Assembly (NCBI GenBank): GCA_044229975.1
Contig: JBGARZ010000009.1
Location: 155,947 to 219,946 of the forward strand
Source of the DNA: Polyangiales bacterium
Lineage (GTDB): Bacteria; Myxococcota_A; Polyangia; Polyangiales; Ga0077539
Length of the DNA stretch: 64,000 nt
Reading direction: 5' to 3'
How positions within the stretch are numbered: position 1 is the first letter of the stretch; every line of letters begins with the position of its first letter. The notes below the pieces were generated by a model. That model searched no databases. It was not told the DNA's origin and worked only from the letters and a program-made list of their open reading frames with translations. Below are positions 1-9,604 of this stretch, one piece after another. The position numbers and the translations under genes are program-made.

Positions 1-208
1 CGAGCGAAAACGCCACCGCGTGCGGGTCCCCCGCGAGCACCTCGCGCGCAGCGGCGAGCGTCCCGTCGGTGCTCCCGTCGTCGACGAAGATGAGCTCGTG
101 CGTCGGCCCCTTCGCGCGCAGCCACGCGTGAATCTCCCGCAGCACCGTCGGGACGTTTTCCGCCTCGTGGTACGCGAACACCACCACCGCGAACTCCCCG
201 ATGCTCAC
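1..208 (-). CDS. Glycosyltransferase family 2, N-terminal part. The gene continues beyond the left edge of the window.
   Basis: Minus-strand translation from GTG at 206-208 reads VSIGEFAVVVFAYHEAENVPTVLREIHAWLRAKGPTHELIFVDDGSTDGT, a typical GT2 N-terminus with the DDGSTD motif. There is no stop before position 1. It is absent from the ORF track because it has no stop codon inside the window. Confidence 0.55.
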   Translation of the reverse strand, partial: MSIGEFAVVVFAYHEAENVPTVLREIHAWLRAKGPTHELIFVDDGSTDGTLAAAREVLAGDPHAVAFSL

Positions 209-241
209 GGTCGCACCTCGCAATGTCGATGTGCACGCTTG

Positions 242-464
242 GGGGCCGGGGTTGGTCGCGTCCCGCGCCTGCACCCCGGGCAAGCGAAAGCAGGCGCCCC
301 TGACGGGGCTTTCGGAAGGACGTCGCGACCGTCGTTAGCAAGCTCACGTCGCACGCCACGAATGGCGCCGAGAGGGATTGCGAATCGATTCCGGAAGCCC
401 CGAAGGGGCGCCCGCCTTCGCTTGCCCGGGGTGCAGGCGCGGGACGCGACCAGCCCCGGTCCCC
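242..464. repeat. Long imperfect palindrome. Arms of about 47 bp lie at 242-288 and 417-464, with further internal symmetry at 293-319 and 391-415.
   Basis: The reverse complement of 242-288 matches 417-464 with 2 mismatches. ORF-track entries 205..801(-) and 378..1214(+) both contain the peptide APAFACPGCRRGTRP, which is a footprint of this symmetry. It lies between the acetyltransferase stop (495) and the GT2 start (208), inside a co-directional operon. Confidence 0.8.
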
Positions 465-494
465 GAGCGTACGCATCGACCATCAGCGCCATGC

Positions 495-1022
495 TCACGC
501 CCGCATCCTCAACACCCGCGCCGGAACGCCCGCCACCACCGCGTACGCCGGCACGTCTTCGGTCACCACGGCGCCCGCGCCCACCACGGCGCCCCTGCCC
601 ACCCGAACGCCCGGCAGGATCACGCTGTTGACCCCGAGGTCGCTGTCGTCCTCGATCACCACCGCCGCCATCTCCACCGGCGAGAACAACACCGGCACCT
701 CCCTCCCCGCCTCCGCGTGAACCGACGTGATGATCTTCACCCCCGGACCGATGCCCACGCGCGCCCCGATGGTGAGTCCGCCGGCGCTGTGGAAGAAGCA
801 CTGCTGGCCGATCCAGGTCTGCTCACCAATCACCATCTCGTTGCGGTAGTAGCCCTTCAAGATCGCCTGGTGGCCCACGTACACGTTGCGGCCGAGCGAG
901 ATGTTCTCGGGGTGGAAGACCATCACCCCGGGCTCGAACACGCACCCCTCGCCCAGCGCGCGAAACTGCTCCGGCGTGAAGAGCCCGGTGCCGTGCGTTC
1001 GGTGCAGCTTCTCGGTGCTCAC
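495..1022 (-). CDS. Hexapeptide-repeat (left-handed beta-helix) acetyltransferase
   Basis: C-terminal 142 aa of ORF 495..2057(-) show hexapeptide repeats (IGARVGIGPGVKI, VGRGAVVGAGAVV). The GTG start at 1020-1022 overlaps the upstream stop in a GTGA arrangement. An ATG at 923 is an alternative start. Confidence 0.65.
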   Translation of the reverse strand: MSTEKLHRTHGTGLFTPEQFRALGEGCVFEPGVMVFHPENISLGRNVYVGHQAILKGYYRNEMVIGEQTWIGQQCFFHSAGGLTIGARVGIGPGVKIITSVHAEAGREVPVLFSPVEMAAVVIEDDSDLGVNSVILPGVRVGRGAVVGAGAVVTEDVPAYAVVAGVPARVLRMRA

Positions 1023-1954
1023 AGCGCGGGGGCTCCCGCGTCGAGGCGCGCGTCGAGCTCCGTCACGAGCTGCATCACCCGCTCGCGCGGCAGCCTCGCG
1101 CCGGGTCCCTCGCTCGCGAGCAGCGCGACGGTCTCCTGCGCGAGCAGCACCGGCAGCGCGGTGAACTCCACGAAGCCTCGCGGCGCCCCGCCCGCCTGGA
1201 GCGTGAGCACGTAGCGGGTCGCCTCCGCGAGGTCGGCGCGGGCGAGCGCGAGCACGGCCGTGCGGTCGGTGTCGGGCGGAAGGTACGTTCGGCCGTCGCG
1301 GGCGTCGTCGTCGGCGTCCTTGAGGATGTTGACCAGTTGGAGGCCCTCGCCGAAGGCCCTCGCGCGGGCGCGCAGCGGGGCCTCGACGGCGGGGGTCGCG
1401 AGCGCCGGCGCGTCGTGAACGAAGAGGTCGGTGAGCATCTCGCCGACGATGCCGGCGACCACGTAGCAGTAGCCGCGCAGGTCTTCGAGGGTCGCGAGGC
1501 GAAGCGAGCCGCGCTCGTCGCTGCGCTCGACGAAGCCGCGCATCCCCTCGGCGGTGCGGCGCGCGTGGTGGAGCACCATCGCCCGCCCCGAGGGGCTGAG
1601 GTCTTCGAGGGCGGCGAGCACCTCCGGCGTGGCGGCGAGCAGGTCGAGGTAGCCAGCGTGCTCGGTCGGGCGGCCCGCGACCCAGAGGTTGGCATCGTGG
1701 ACGGCGCGGCCGACGTTGGGCGGGTCGACGAGCAGCGCGAGGAAGTCGTCGAGGGCCAGGGCGCGGCGAGCGCGGGGCCAGACGGCGGCGTCCTCGAAGG
1801 TGTCGGCGATGCGGAAGAGCAGGTAGGCCAGGGTGACGGCGAGGCGCGTGGGCTCCGGGAGGCGGGGGATCGACAGCGCGAAGGTGCGGCTCGTGCGCTC
1901 CAACAATCCCGGGAGGTCGGTCATGGCAGCGCAGGGCGTCGTCCGGTTGGGCAC
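1019..1954 (-). CDS. Squalene/phytoene synthase family enzyme (trans-isoprenyl diphosphate synthase, head-to-head type; FDFT1/HpnC-like)
   Basis: TSRTFALSIP and YLLFRIADTFED form the first Asp-rich motif. NILKDADDDARDGRTYLP forms the second Asp-rich motif. YCYVVAGIVGEM is also present. These are characteristic of squalene/phytoene synthases. Confidence 0.8.
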   Translation of the reverse strand: MPNRTTPCAAMTDLPGLLERTSRTFALSIPRLPEPTRLAVTLAYLLFRIADTFEDAAVWPRARRALALDDFLALLVDPPNVGRAVHDANLWVAGRPTEHAGYLDLLAATPEVLAALEDLSPSGRAMVLHHARRTAEGMRGFVERSDERGSLRLATLEDLRGYCYVVAGIVGEMLTDLFVHDAPALATPAVEAPLRARARAFGEGLQLVNILKDADDDARDGRTYLPPDTDRTAVLALARADLAEATRYVLTLQAGGAPRGFVEFTALPVLLAQETVALLASEGPGARLPRERVMQLVTELDARLDAGAPAL

Positions 1955-2022
1955 CGCTTGTCAAGCGTCGGAGCGCGTAGCTTCGTTGCCCTTTCGCGCC
2001 CCGTGGGCATAGTGACACCCCT

Positions 2023-4182
2023 ATGGATTCGCTTGAGGAGCTGATCGGACAGGTCACCCGATACCACCCCGAAGCCGACGTGGGGCTGCTCCGGAGGGCC
2101 TACGAGTTCGGCGAGCACCACCACACCGGCCAGAAGCGCAAGTCCGGCGAGCGGTACTTCACCCACCCCATCGCGGTCTCCAGGATCATCACCGAGCTGC
2201 GGCTCGACTCCGCGTCTCTCTGCGCCGCGCTCCTCCACGACACCGTCGAGGACACCAAGGCCACCCTCGACGACGTGCAGCGGGAGTTTGGCGAGGAGGT
2301 CGCCTTCCTCGTCGACGGCGTCACCAAGCTGTCGAAGTTCAACTTCACTTCCAAGGAAGACGCCCAGGCGGAGAACTTCCGCAAGATGCTCCTGCACATG
2401 GCGAGCGACATCCGCGTGCTTCTGGTGAAGCTCGCCGACCGCCTCGACAACATGCGAACGCTCGAGCACATGAAGCCCGAGGCGCAGGAGCGCATCGCGC
2501 GCGAGACGCTCGACATCTACGCCCCGCTCGCCAACCGGCTCGGCATCGCGTGGATGAAGTCCGAGCTCGAAGACCTCGGCTTCAAGCACACCAACCCCGA
2601 CGGCTACAAGCTCGTCTCGGGCAAGGTCGCGGCCCTCGTCGAGCAGCGCGACGGGTACATCCACCGCACGCAGGCGATGCTCTCCGAGCGCTTCGCCGAG
2701 GCGGGCTTCAACGCCGAGGTCACCGGGCGCGTGAAGCACCTGTATTCGATCTGGCGGAAGATGCAGGCGTCCAAGAGCGAGTTCGAGCAGGTGTGGGACG
2801 TCATCGCGTTTCGCGGCGTCGTGGAGTCAGCCGCAGACTGTTACGCCGTCCTCGGCGTGGTGCACTCGCTGTTCACCCCCATCCCCGGGCGCTTCAAGGA
2901 CTACATCGCGCTGCCGAAGCCCAACGGGTACCAGTCGCTGCACACCACCGTGCTCGGCAGCGAGCGCGAGCGCATGGAGGTGCAGCTCCGCACGCGCGAC
3001 ATGCACCGCGTCGCCGAGCAGGGCATCGCCGCCCACTGGAAGTACAAAGAGCGCCCGAAAAACGTCGCGGGCCACGCCATCGACCACAAGGACGCGCAGC
3101 GCTTCCACTGGCTGCGCCAGCTCATGGAGTGGCAGCAGGAGCTGAAAGACCCGCAAGAGTTCTTGGAGAGCGTGAAGGTCGACCTCTTCCAGGACGAGGT
3201 CTACGTCTTCACACCGCGCGGGGAGATCAAGGTGTTTCCGCGGTCGGCGACGCCGGTGGACTTCGCGTTCGCGGTGCACACCACCGTCGGCTCGAAGTGC
3301 ACCGGAGCGAGGGTGAATGGGCACATCGTTCCGCTGCGGTACCAGCTGCGGTCGGGCGACGTGGTGGAGATTCTCACCGACCCCAACCGGCACCCCAACA
3401 AGGACTGGCTGGAGTTTGCGGTCACCTCACGGGCGCGCAGCAAGATCCGCAGCTACCTCCGCAACGAGCAGCGCGAGTCGGCCCTCAAGCTGGGCAAGGA
3501 CCTCATCGAGCGGGCCCTCCACGCCGCGGGCCTGAGCTTCCAGAAGGTCATGAAGACCAACGCCCTCGGCCGCGCCCTGGAAGACGCCAAGGTGCAGACC
3601 GTCGACGAGCTCATCATCCAGGTGGGCTACGGGCGATACGGCGCCGATGCGGTGGCGCGCAGCCTGGCGCCGCCCGAGAGCCTGCCGCCGCCGGAGATCA
3701 AGCAGGGAACCGTCGAGCGCGTGATGCGCAAGGTCACCGGCCGGGACAGCAACGGCATCCTGGTGGACGGCGAGACCAACATCCTGGTCCGCTTCGCGAA
3801 GTGCTGCTCGCCGCTGCCGGGTGATCAGATCGTCGGGTACATCAGCCGCGGACGGGGCATCTCGGTGCACCGCCGGGAGTGCACCAAGGGGCTCGACATC
3901 GACCCCGAGCGCCGCGTCACCGTGAGCTGGAACGAAGACGCCAAGATGTCCCGCCCGGTCACCCTGCGGATCATCACGGCCAACCGGCCAGGCATCCTCG
4001 CCGAGGTGAGCAACACCTTCTCGAAGTGCAACGTGAACATCGAAGAGGCCAACTGTCGCGCCGCGGAAGAAGAGCGCGCCGTCAACCTCTTCACCTTCAC
4101 CATCACCGACGTCAGCACCCTCAAAGGCGTCATGCGGGCTCTCAGCAAGGTGAAGGGCGTTCTTTCGGTCGACCGCGTGTAG
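2023..4182 (+). CDS. relA: Bifunctional (p)ppGpp synthetase/hydrolase RelA/SpoT
   Basis: 719 aa protein. It has an HD hydrolase region (HDTVEDT), a synthetase domain, and TGS and ACT C-terminal domains. It is collinear with Rel/SpoT proteins over its full length. Confidence 0.95.
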   Translation: MDSLEELIGQVTRYHPEADVGLLRRAYEFGEHHHTGQKRKSGERYFTHPIAVSRIITELRLDSASLCAALLHDTVEDTKATLDDVQREFGEEVAFLVDGVTKLSKFNFTSKEDAQAENFRKMLLHMASDIRVLLVKLADRLDNMRTLEHMKPEAQERIARETLDIYAPLANRLGIAWMKSELEDLGFKHTNPDGYKLVSGKVAALVEQRDGYIHRTQAMLSERFAEAGFNAEVTGRVKHLYSIWRKMQASKSEFEQVWDVIAFRGVVESAADCYAVLGVVHSLFTPIPGRFKDYIALPKPNGYQSLHTTVLGSERERMEVQLRTRDMHRVAEQGIAAHWKYKERPKNVAGHAIDHKDAQRFHWLRQLMEWQQELKDPQEFLESVKVDLFQDEVYVFTPRGEIKVFPRSATPVDFAFAVHTTVGSKCTGARVNGHIVPLRYQLRSGDVVEILTDPNRHPNKDWLEFAVTSRARSKIRSYLRNEQRESALKLGKDLIERALHAAGLSFQKVMKTNALGRALEDAKVQTVDELIIQVGYGRYGADAVARSLAPPESLPPPEIKQGTVERVMRKVTGRDSNGILVDGETNILVRFAKCCSPLPGDQIVGYISRGRGISVHRRECTKGLDIDPERRVTVSWNEDAKMSRPVTLRIITANRPGILAEVSNTFSKCNVNIEEANCRAAEEERAVNLFTFTITDVSTLKGVMRALSKVKGVLSVDRV

Positions 4183-4204
4183 TGCGTTAGCATCGCCGAC
4201 CGCG

Positions 4205-6016
4205 ATGAACCCTCGTCACGGTCTCCTCTTCCCCTTCGCTGCGCTGCTCGGATGCGCCGAGCCCGACCGCTCCCCCAACTTCAGCCGCGACGCGGGGCCC
4301 ACCTCCGACGTGATGAGCCGCATCGACGTGCAGGCCGCCGACGTGCGGCCCAACTGCGTCGAGGGGCAGATCTATTGCCAGGGCGACACCCGCTACACCT
4401 GCGACGGCGACGGGAACATCGTCGAGCGCATCGCGTGCACCGGGTCGACGCCCGTCTGCATGCAGGGCAGAGGGTGTGTGGGGTGCGTTCCGGGCACGAT
4501 GCGGTGCGACCCGACGATGCCGCTGCGCACGCAGAGCTGTCCGTCGGACGGGTCGGGGTACACCAACGGCGCGGAGTGCAACGCCGCCGAGGGAGCGACC
4601 TGCAACGCGGGCGTGTGCGTCGACCGCTGCTCCGACAGCGCCCTCGGCAACTCGTACCTCGGGTGCGACTACTGGCCGACGGTCACGCCCAACGCGGGGC
4701 TCAACCCCGCCTTCCAGTACGCCGTGGTGCTCACCAACCCGCAGACCTACGCGGTGAGGGCCACCATCACGGGCGGATCGCTCGACGCGCCGCGCACCCT
4801 GGAGCTGGCGCCCGGCGCCGTGGAGACGGTGACCCTCCCGTGGGTGGTCGACCTCGTGCAGCTCAACCCGAGCTGCATCCAGATCGGTGAGTACTGCATC
4901 CCCTGGAACGCCGCCGTCTCCGCCCTCCGCCGCGGCGGCGCGTACCACGTGCACAGCAACGGGCCCATCTCGGCCTACCAGTTCAACCCGCTGACCTTCG
5001 AGCGCATGGGGCGCTACTCGTACACCAACGACGCCTCGCTGCTCCTGCCGCAGGGCGTGCTCACGCGCCGCTACACGGCCGTGACCTGGCCCAACTTCCC
5101 GTACCAGGCGTCGGGCGAGAAGAACCCCATGACCTACTTCTTCGGCGGGTTCATCTCCGTCGTCGCCGTCACCGGGGAGAGCACCACCGTCACCGTGCGC
5201 GCCTCCACCGCGCTGCGCGCCGGGACGGGCGTCCCCGCCATTCGCGCGGGCGAGACGCGCACCTTCCAGCTCCAGCCGGGCGACGTGCTCCAGCTCGTGG
5301 GCGACGGCCGCGGCGACGTCACCGGAACCACCATCGAGTCGACCGAACCCGTCGCCGCCTTCGTCGGCCACGACTGCACCAACGTCCCGCTCGACAACCC
5401 CGCGTGCGACCACCTGGAGGAGCAGCTCCTCCCCAACGAGACCTGGGGCCGCGAGTACGTCGTCTCGGGCCTGCGCGACCGCGGAACCAACGCGCCCTCG
5501 CAGGTTCGCATCGTGTCGCGCGTCGACAACAACCAGATCACCTTCGACCCGCCGTCGGCGCACGCGCCCGCCACCCTCGGCGCGGGTCAGGTGCTGGAGT
5601 TCGCCAGCGCAGCGCACTTCGTCGTGCGCGGGACGGGCGCCTTCCTGCCGGTGCAGTTCATGCGCGGCCAGGGCTACGACCGCAGCATGGCCGGCGACCC
5701 GGCGATGGTGCTGGAGGTGCCGGTCGAGCAATACCGCACCTCGTATGATTTCACCGTGCCGTCGTCGTACGTGTCCAACTTCATCAACGTCGTGACGGCC
5801 GAGGGTGGCGCCCTGGAGATGGACGGCATGCCCCTGCGCGGTTCGTCGTCCGTGGTCGCGGGCTTCACCATCTACACGCTGCCCATCGCCCCCGGAAACC
5901 ACCACCTCCAGAGCGCCAGCGGGCAGGGCATCGGGCTCAAGGTCTACGGCGTCGCCCCGTACACCTCGTACTCCTACCCGGGCGGCCTCGATCTCCGGCA
6001 GATCACGCCCGGCTGA
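4205..6016 (+). CDS. Secreted lipoprotein with a Cys-rich N-terminal region (hypothetical)
   Basis: Lipobox LLGC. The N-terminal 150 aa are cysteine-rich. The C-terminal region is beta-rich. The gene starts directly downstream of relA. Confidence 0.6.
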   Translation: MNPRHGLLFPFAALLGCAEPDRSPNFSRDAGPTSDVMSRIDVQAADVRPNCVEGQIYCQGDTRYTCDGDGNIVERIACTGSTPVCMQGRGCVGCVPGTMRCDPTMPLRTQSCPSDGSGYTNGAECNAAEGATCNAGVCVDRCSDSALGNSYLGCDYWPTVTPNAGLNPAFQYAVVLTNPQTYAVRATITGGSLDAPRTLELAPGAVETVTLPWVVDLVQLNPSCIQIGEYCIPWNAAVSALRRGGAYHVHSNGPISAYQFNPLTFERMGRYSYTNDASLLLPQGVLTRRYTAVTWPNFPYQASGEKNPMTYFFGGFISVVAVTGESTTVTVRASTALRAGTGVPAIRAGETRTFQLQPGDVLQLVGDGRGDVTGTTIESTEPVAAFVGHDCTNVPLDNPACDHLEEQLLPNETWGREYVVSGLRDRGTNAPSQVRIVSRVDNNQITFDPPSAHAPATLGAGQVLEFASAAHFVVRGTGAFLPVQFMRGQGYDRSMAGDPAMVLEVPVEQYRTSYDFTVPSSYVSNFINVVTAEGGALEMDGMPLRGSSSVVAGFTIYTLPIAPGNHHLQSASGQGIGLKVYGVAPYTSYSYPGGLDLRQITPG

Positions 6017-6124
6017 GCCGTTGGCCCGAACCTTGTTCTATGTCCCGGTGTGACCCTGAAGAGCGAGGGTTCTGTGTCAGCGTGAGCCACACGGGCCCGA
6101 GCATTCACAGTCGGAGGTAGCGCG

Positions 6125-7417
6125 ATGAATAGACTGACGACGTTTGTGATCCTGGCGCTGGCCGTGGCGCTCGCGGGCTGTGGCCCGACCATCATCGAGG
6201 GCCGTCCGCCGGCTGAGGACGGTGGGGCGACCGGAGATGTTCCGTGGACGACCGATGTCCCACTGCCGCCGCCGCCCGACCGGCCGCCGACGTGGGACGT
6301 TCCGCCGTGGGAGGACGTCCCCAACGCGTGCACCAGCACGGCCGACTGCCTCGCGGGGACCGTGTGCCTCGGCGGCGAAGGCTGCGGCGTACCGTGGACC
6401 TGCCAGCCCGCGCTCGGTCGCCCCTGCACGGCCGACTACGTCGCCTTCTGCGGCTGCGACGGCAACACCTTCTACGGCAGCTCCACCTGCCCCGACCGGC
6501 CCTTCGCGCGACGCGGCGCGTGCGACACCGACCCGCCGCCCCCGCCGGACGGCGGCCCCGGCTTCTGCCGCCTGCCCGACGGGCGCGTGTGCCGCGTTGG
6601 CGAGATCTGCACCGCCACGGAGTGCAGCGTCTGCGTGTGCTCGGCGACGGGCGAGCTGCGCTGCTCGGGGAGCTGCGTCGACGCCGGTCCGACGCCGGTC
6701 GCCTGCCGCACCAACCGCGACTGCCCCGCCGGTGGCACCTGCGCGGGCCCCGAGGGCTGCGGCATCCCGTGGACCTGCCAGACCGGCGTCACCTGCACCC
6801 GCGACCTCGGGTACTTCTGCGCCTGCAACGGCACCACCTTCCAAGCGAGCTCCACCTGCCCCGGCCAGCCCTACCTGCACCGCGGCCCGTGCGGCATCGT
6901 TCCGCCGGACGCGGGTCCTGCGGGGTGCGCGCTGCCCGATGGTCGCGTGTGCCGCGTCGGCGAGATCTGCTCCATCGGTGAGTGCGCGTCGTGCTTCTGC
7001 GCGCCCACCGGCGAGCTGCGCTGCACCATGGGCTGCGTCGACGCCGGCCCGCCGCGCACCTGCACCATCCGCGGCGTGACCTGCGCGGTGGGCGCGCCGT
7101 GTCGCATCGACGCCTGCACCACCTGCACGTGCAGCACCGGCGGCGGTCCCACCGCGTGCGCCGTGACGCCCGGGTGCTCCTCGGATGGCGGCGTCATCGA
7201 CGCCGGTGTCGTGGACGCGGGTGGTACGCCTCCGATCTGCGCCGCACAGGACGCGCGCGGCGTCGGTGCCTGCGCGGCCTTCTTCGGCTACGCGTGGGAC
7301 GGAACGCGCTGCGTCGGCCTCGGCGGCTGCTCGTGCGCGGGCGCCGACTGCCGCGGGCTCCCGCTCGACCCGCTGACCTGCGAGCGCAACCACGCCGCCT
7401 GCCCCCGCCCGCTCTGA
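6125..7417 (+). CDS. Cys-rich secreted lipoprotein with an internal tandem duplication of about 125 aa
   Basis: Lipobox LAGCG, preceded by an SD-like GGAGG. Two collinear Cys-rich modules are present (CRLPDGRVCRVGEIC...GELRC...CVDAGP occurs twice), followed by a partial third module. Confidence 0.65.
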   Translation: MNRLTTFVILALAVALAGCGPTIIEGRPPAEDGGATGDVPWTTDVPLPPPPDRPPTWDVPPWEDVPNACTSTADCLAGTVCLGGEGCGVPWTCQPALGRPCTADYVAFCGCDGNTFYGSSTCPDRPFARRGACDTDPPPPPDGGPGFCRLPDGRVCRVGEICTATECSVCVCSATGELRCSGSCVDAGPTPVACRTNRDCPAGGTCAGPEGCGIPWTCQTGVTCTRDLGYFCACNGTTFQASSTCPGQPYLHRGPCGIVPPDAGPAGCALPDGRVCRVGEICSIGECASCFCAPTGELRCTMGCVDAGPPRTCTIRGVTCAVGAPCRIDACTTCTCSTGGGPTACAVTPGCSSDGGVIDAGVVDAGGTPPICAAQDARGVGACAAFFGYAWDGTRCVGLGGCSCAGADCRGLPLDPLTCERNHAACPRPL

Positions 7418-7453
7418 TCCGCCCGATGAGCCCTTGCGAGGGCTCTCGGACTC

Positions 7454-9568
7454 TCACCCCTCCATGGCGTCGAAGCGCGCGAAGACCGCCACGGCGTCGG
7501 CGATGCGGCCCAGCAACCGAAGCCGTGAGCCCCGCAGCTCCAGGTCGTCGACCATCACGAACACGTCCTTGAAGAGCAGGTCGATGGGCGAGCGGAGCTG
7601 CGCGATGAGGTCCATCGCCTCGGCATAGCGGCGCCCCTCCCACAACGGAGCGAGCTCCCGCCGGGTGCGCGTGAACACCTCGATGAGCTCGATTTCCCGC
7701 GGGTGCGTGAGCCGCCCGAGGTCATCCACCGTGAGCTCACCCGGCGCCTTCCCATCGCCCGCCACGTTGAACACCCGCTTGAACGCCACCATCAGATCGG
7801 CCGCCGCGGGCGTCTTCCAGAACGCCCCCAGCGCGTCGGCCCGCTCGGCCACGTCCACCGCGTCGTCGCGCCGCGCGGCCATGCACGCCGCCACCGGGTC
7901 GCGCCCGTAGCGCTCCGTCAGCAGCATCCGCAGCCGCTCGGCACAGAACTCCTCCACCACCGCCACGGCCGTCTCTCGGGTCGACTTCGCCGCCGTCGCC
8001 GCCGCGATCATCTTGCCGTTTTCGGCCGCGTAGACGTCCCACGCCGCGCCCGCGAGCGCACCCAGCGACAGCCGCGCTCCGTGGTGCAGCAGCGTGCGAA
8101 TCACGCCGCTCGCGAGGCGCCGCAGCCCGAACGGATCTTCGCTCCCTGTCGGCTTGAGCCCCACCGCGAGGCAGCCCACCAGCGTATCGATGCGGTCGAG
8201 CACCGCGACCGCCGCGCCCATCGCCGACGGCGCCACGTCGTCGCTCGCGCCCTTGGGCTGGTAGTGCTCGCCGATGGCGTCGGCCACCGCCGCGGGCTCC
8301 TCGTCGAGGCGCGCGTGGTAGGCGCCCATCTCGCCTTGCAGCTCGGGGAATTCCCCCACCGTCAACGTGACGAGGTCGGCCTTCGCCAGCATCGCCGCGC
8401 GGGCCGTCTGCACTGCGTCCACACCGAAGACAGCCGCCACCGCGGGCGCCAGCTTCTCCAGGCGTCGCGCCTTGTCGCCGTAGCTCCCGAGCTTCGCGTG
8501 GAAGACCACGCCGTCGAGGTCGGCCACGCGGGTGTGCAGCGCGCGCTGACGGTCCTGCCCCACGAAGAACGCCGCGTCGGAGAGGCGCGCGCGCATGACG
8601 TTCTCGTTGCCGCGACGGATGGTCGCCGGGTCGAGCGCCGTGTTGACCACCGTGAGGAAGAGCGGGAGCAGCCGCCCGTGGCTCGTCGTCGCGCCCGCGC
8701 GCTGCACGGCGAAGTACCGCTGGTGGCCGCGCATCACGCTCTCCACGAGCGCGTCGGGCAGCTTCAGGAACGCCTCGTCGAAGCGCCCCACCACCACGAA
8801 GGCTTCTTCCACGAGGCCGGCGACCTCGTGTTCGAGGAAGGTGTCTTCGAGGAGCGTTCCGCCTTCGGCGACGGCCGCCGCGCGGAGGGCCGCCATCATG
8901 CCCGCGCGCCGCGCCTCGACGTCGACCACGACGTGCGCCGCGGTGAGCCGCTCGACGTACCCGTGGGCGGTCGCGAGGTCGAAGCGATCGGGCGAGAGAA
9001 AGCGGTGCCCGCGCGTGTTGCGCCCCGCGGTGACGCCCGCGAAGGAAAACGGAACGACGGCGTCGTCGAGGAGCGCGACGATCCACTGCACGGGGCGGCC
9101 GAAGGCGGTGTCGAGGTCTGCCCAGCGCATGCTCTTGGCGAAGGTGATGCCCTTGCAGATGGCGCCGAGGAGGTCGGGCATGAGCGAGCGCGCGTCGACG
9201 CCCGGAGTGCGCCGTGTAGCCGACAGGTAGCGGCCCTTCGGGGTGTCCTTGATGGCGAGCGCGTCGAGGCTGAGGTTGTTCTTGCGGGCGAAGCCCTCGG
9301 CGGCCTTCGACCACGTCCCATCGGGCTGCTTCGCGGCGCTCTCGGCCGGGCCCAGCAGCTCCTCCTCACGCGGCGCGACGCCTTCGGGGACACCCTCGAC
9401 GACCACCGACAGGCGACGCGGTGTGCCCAGCGTGCGCACCGTCTCGTGGCTCAGTCCCGCGCGGGTGAGCTCGTCGATGGTCAGCTTGCGGAGCTTTTGC
9501 AGCGCGTCGTCGAGGAAGGAGGTGGGGAGTTCTTCGCAACCGATTTCCAGCAGGAGCGTCGATGCCAT
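7454..9568 (-). CDS. glyS: Glycine--tRNA ligase beta subunit
   Basis: 704 aa. LLEIGCEELP and SKAAEGFARKNNLS match GlyS N-terminal motifs. The protein is collinear with E. coli GlyS. Confidence 0.9.
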   Translation of the reverse strand: MASTLLLEIGCEELPTSFLDDALQKLRKLTIDELTRAGLSHETVRTLGTPRRLSVVVEGVPEGVAPREEELLGPAESAAKQPDGTWSKAAEGFARKNNLSLDALAIKDTPKGRYLSATRRTPGVDARSLMPDLLGAICKGITFAKSMRWADLDTAFGRPVQWIVALLDDAVVPFSFAGVTAGRNTRGHRFLSPDRFDLATAHGYVERLTAAHVVVDVEARRAGMMAALRAAAVAEGGTLLEDTFLEHEVAGLVEEAFVVVGRFDEAFLKLPDALVESVMRGHQRYFAVQRAGATTSHGRLLPLFLTVVNTALDPATIRRGNENVMRARLSDAAFFVGQDRQRALHTRVADLDGVVFHAKLGSYGDKARRLEKLAPAVAAVFGVDAVQTARAAMLAKADLVTLTVGEFPELQGEMGAYHARLDEEPAAVADAIGEHYQPKGASDDVAPSAMGAAVAVLDRIDTLVGCLAVGLKPTGSEDPFGLRRLASGVIRTLLHHGARLSLGALAGAAWDVYAAENGKMIAAATAAKSTRETAVAVVEEFCAERLRMLLTERYGRDPVAACMAARRDDAVDVAERADALGAFWKTPAAADLMVAFKRVFNVAGDGKAPGELTVDDLGRLTHPREIELIEVFTRTRRELAPLWEGRRYAEAMDLIAQLRSPIDLLFKDVFVMVDDLELRGSRLRLLGRIADAVAVFARFDAMEG

Positions 9569-9604
9569 GGCGACGCCGTGGGTACCAGAACCGCGCCCCG
9601 CCCG

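Noticed and set aside
205-1214. ORFs 205..801(-), 378..1214(+) and 20..631(+)
   Set aside because: These are mirror-image products of the long palindrome, sharing the peptide APAFACPGCRRGTRP. They overlap real genes (acetyltransferase, GT2) out of frame and are not coding.
4187-5905. 572 aa ORF on the minus strand, plus the overlapping 4252..4890 and 5404..5748 plus-strand ORFs
   Set aside because: They overlap the lipoprotein gene 4205..6016 in other frames or on the other strand and have Arg/Gly-rich artefact composition. Only the lipoprotein frame shows a signal peptide and protein-like composition.
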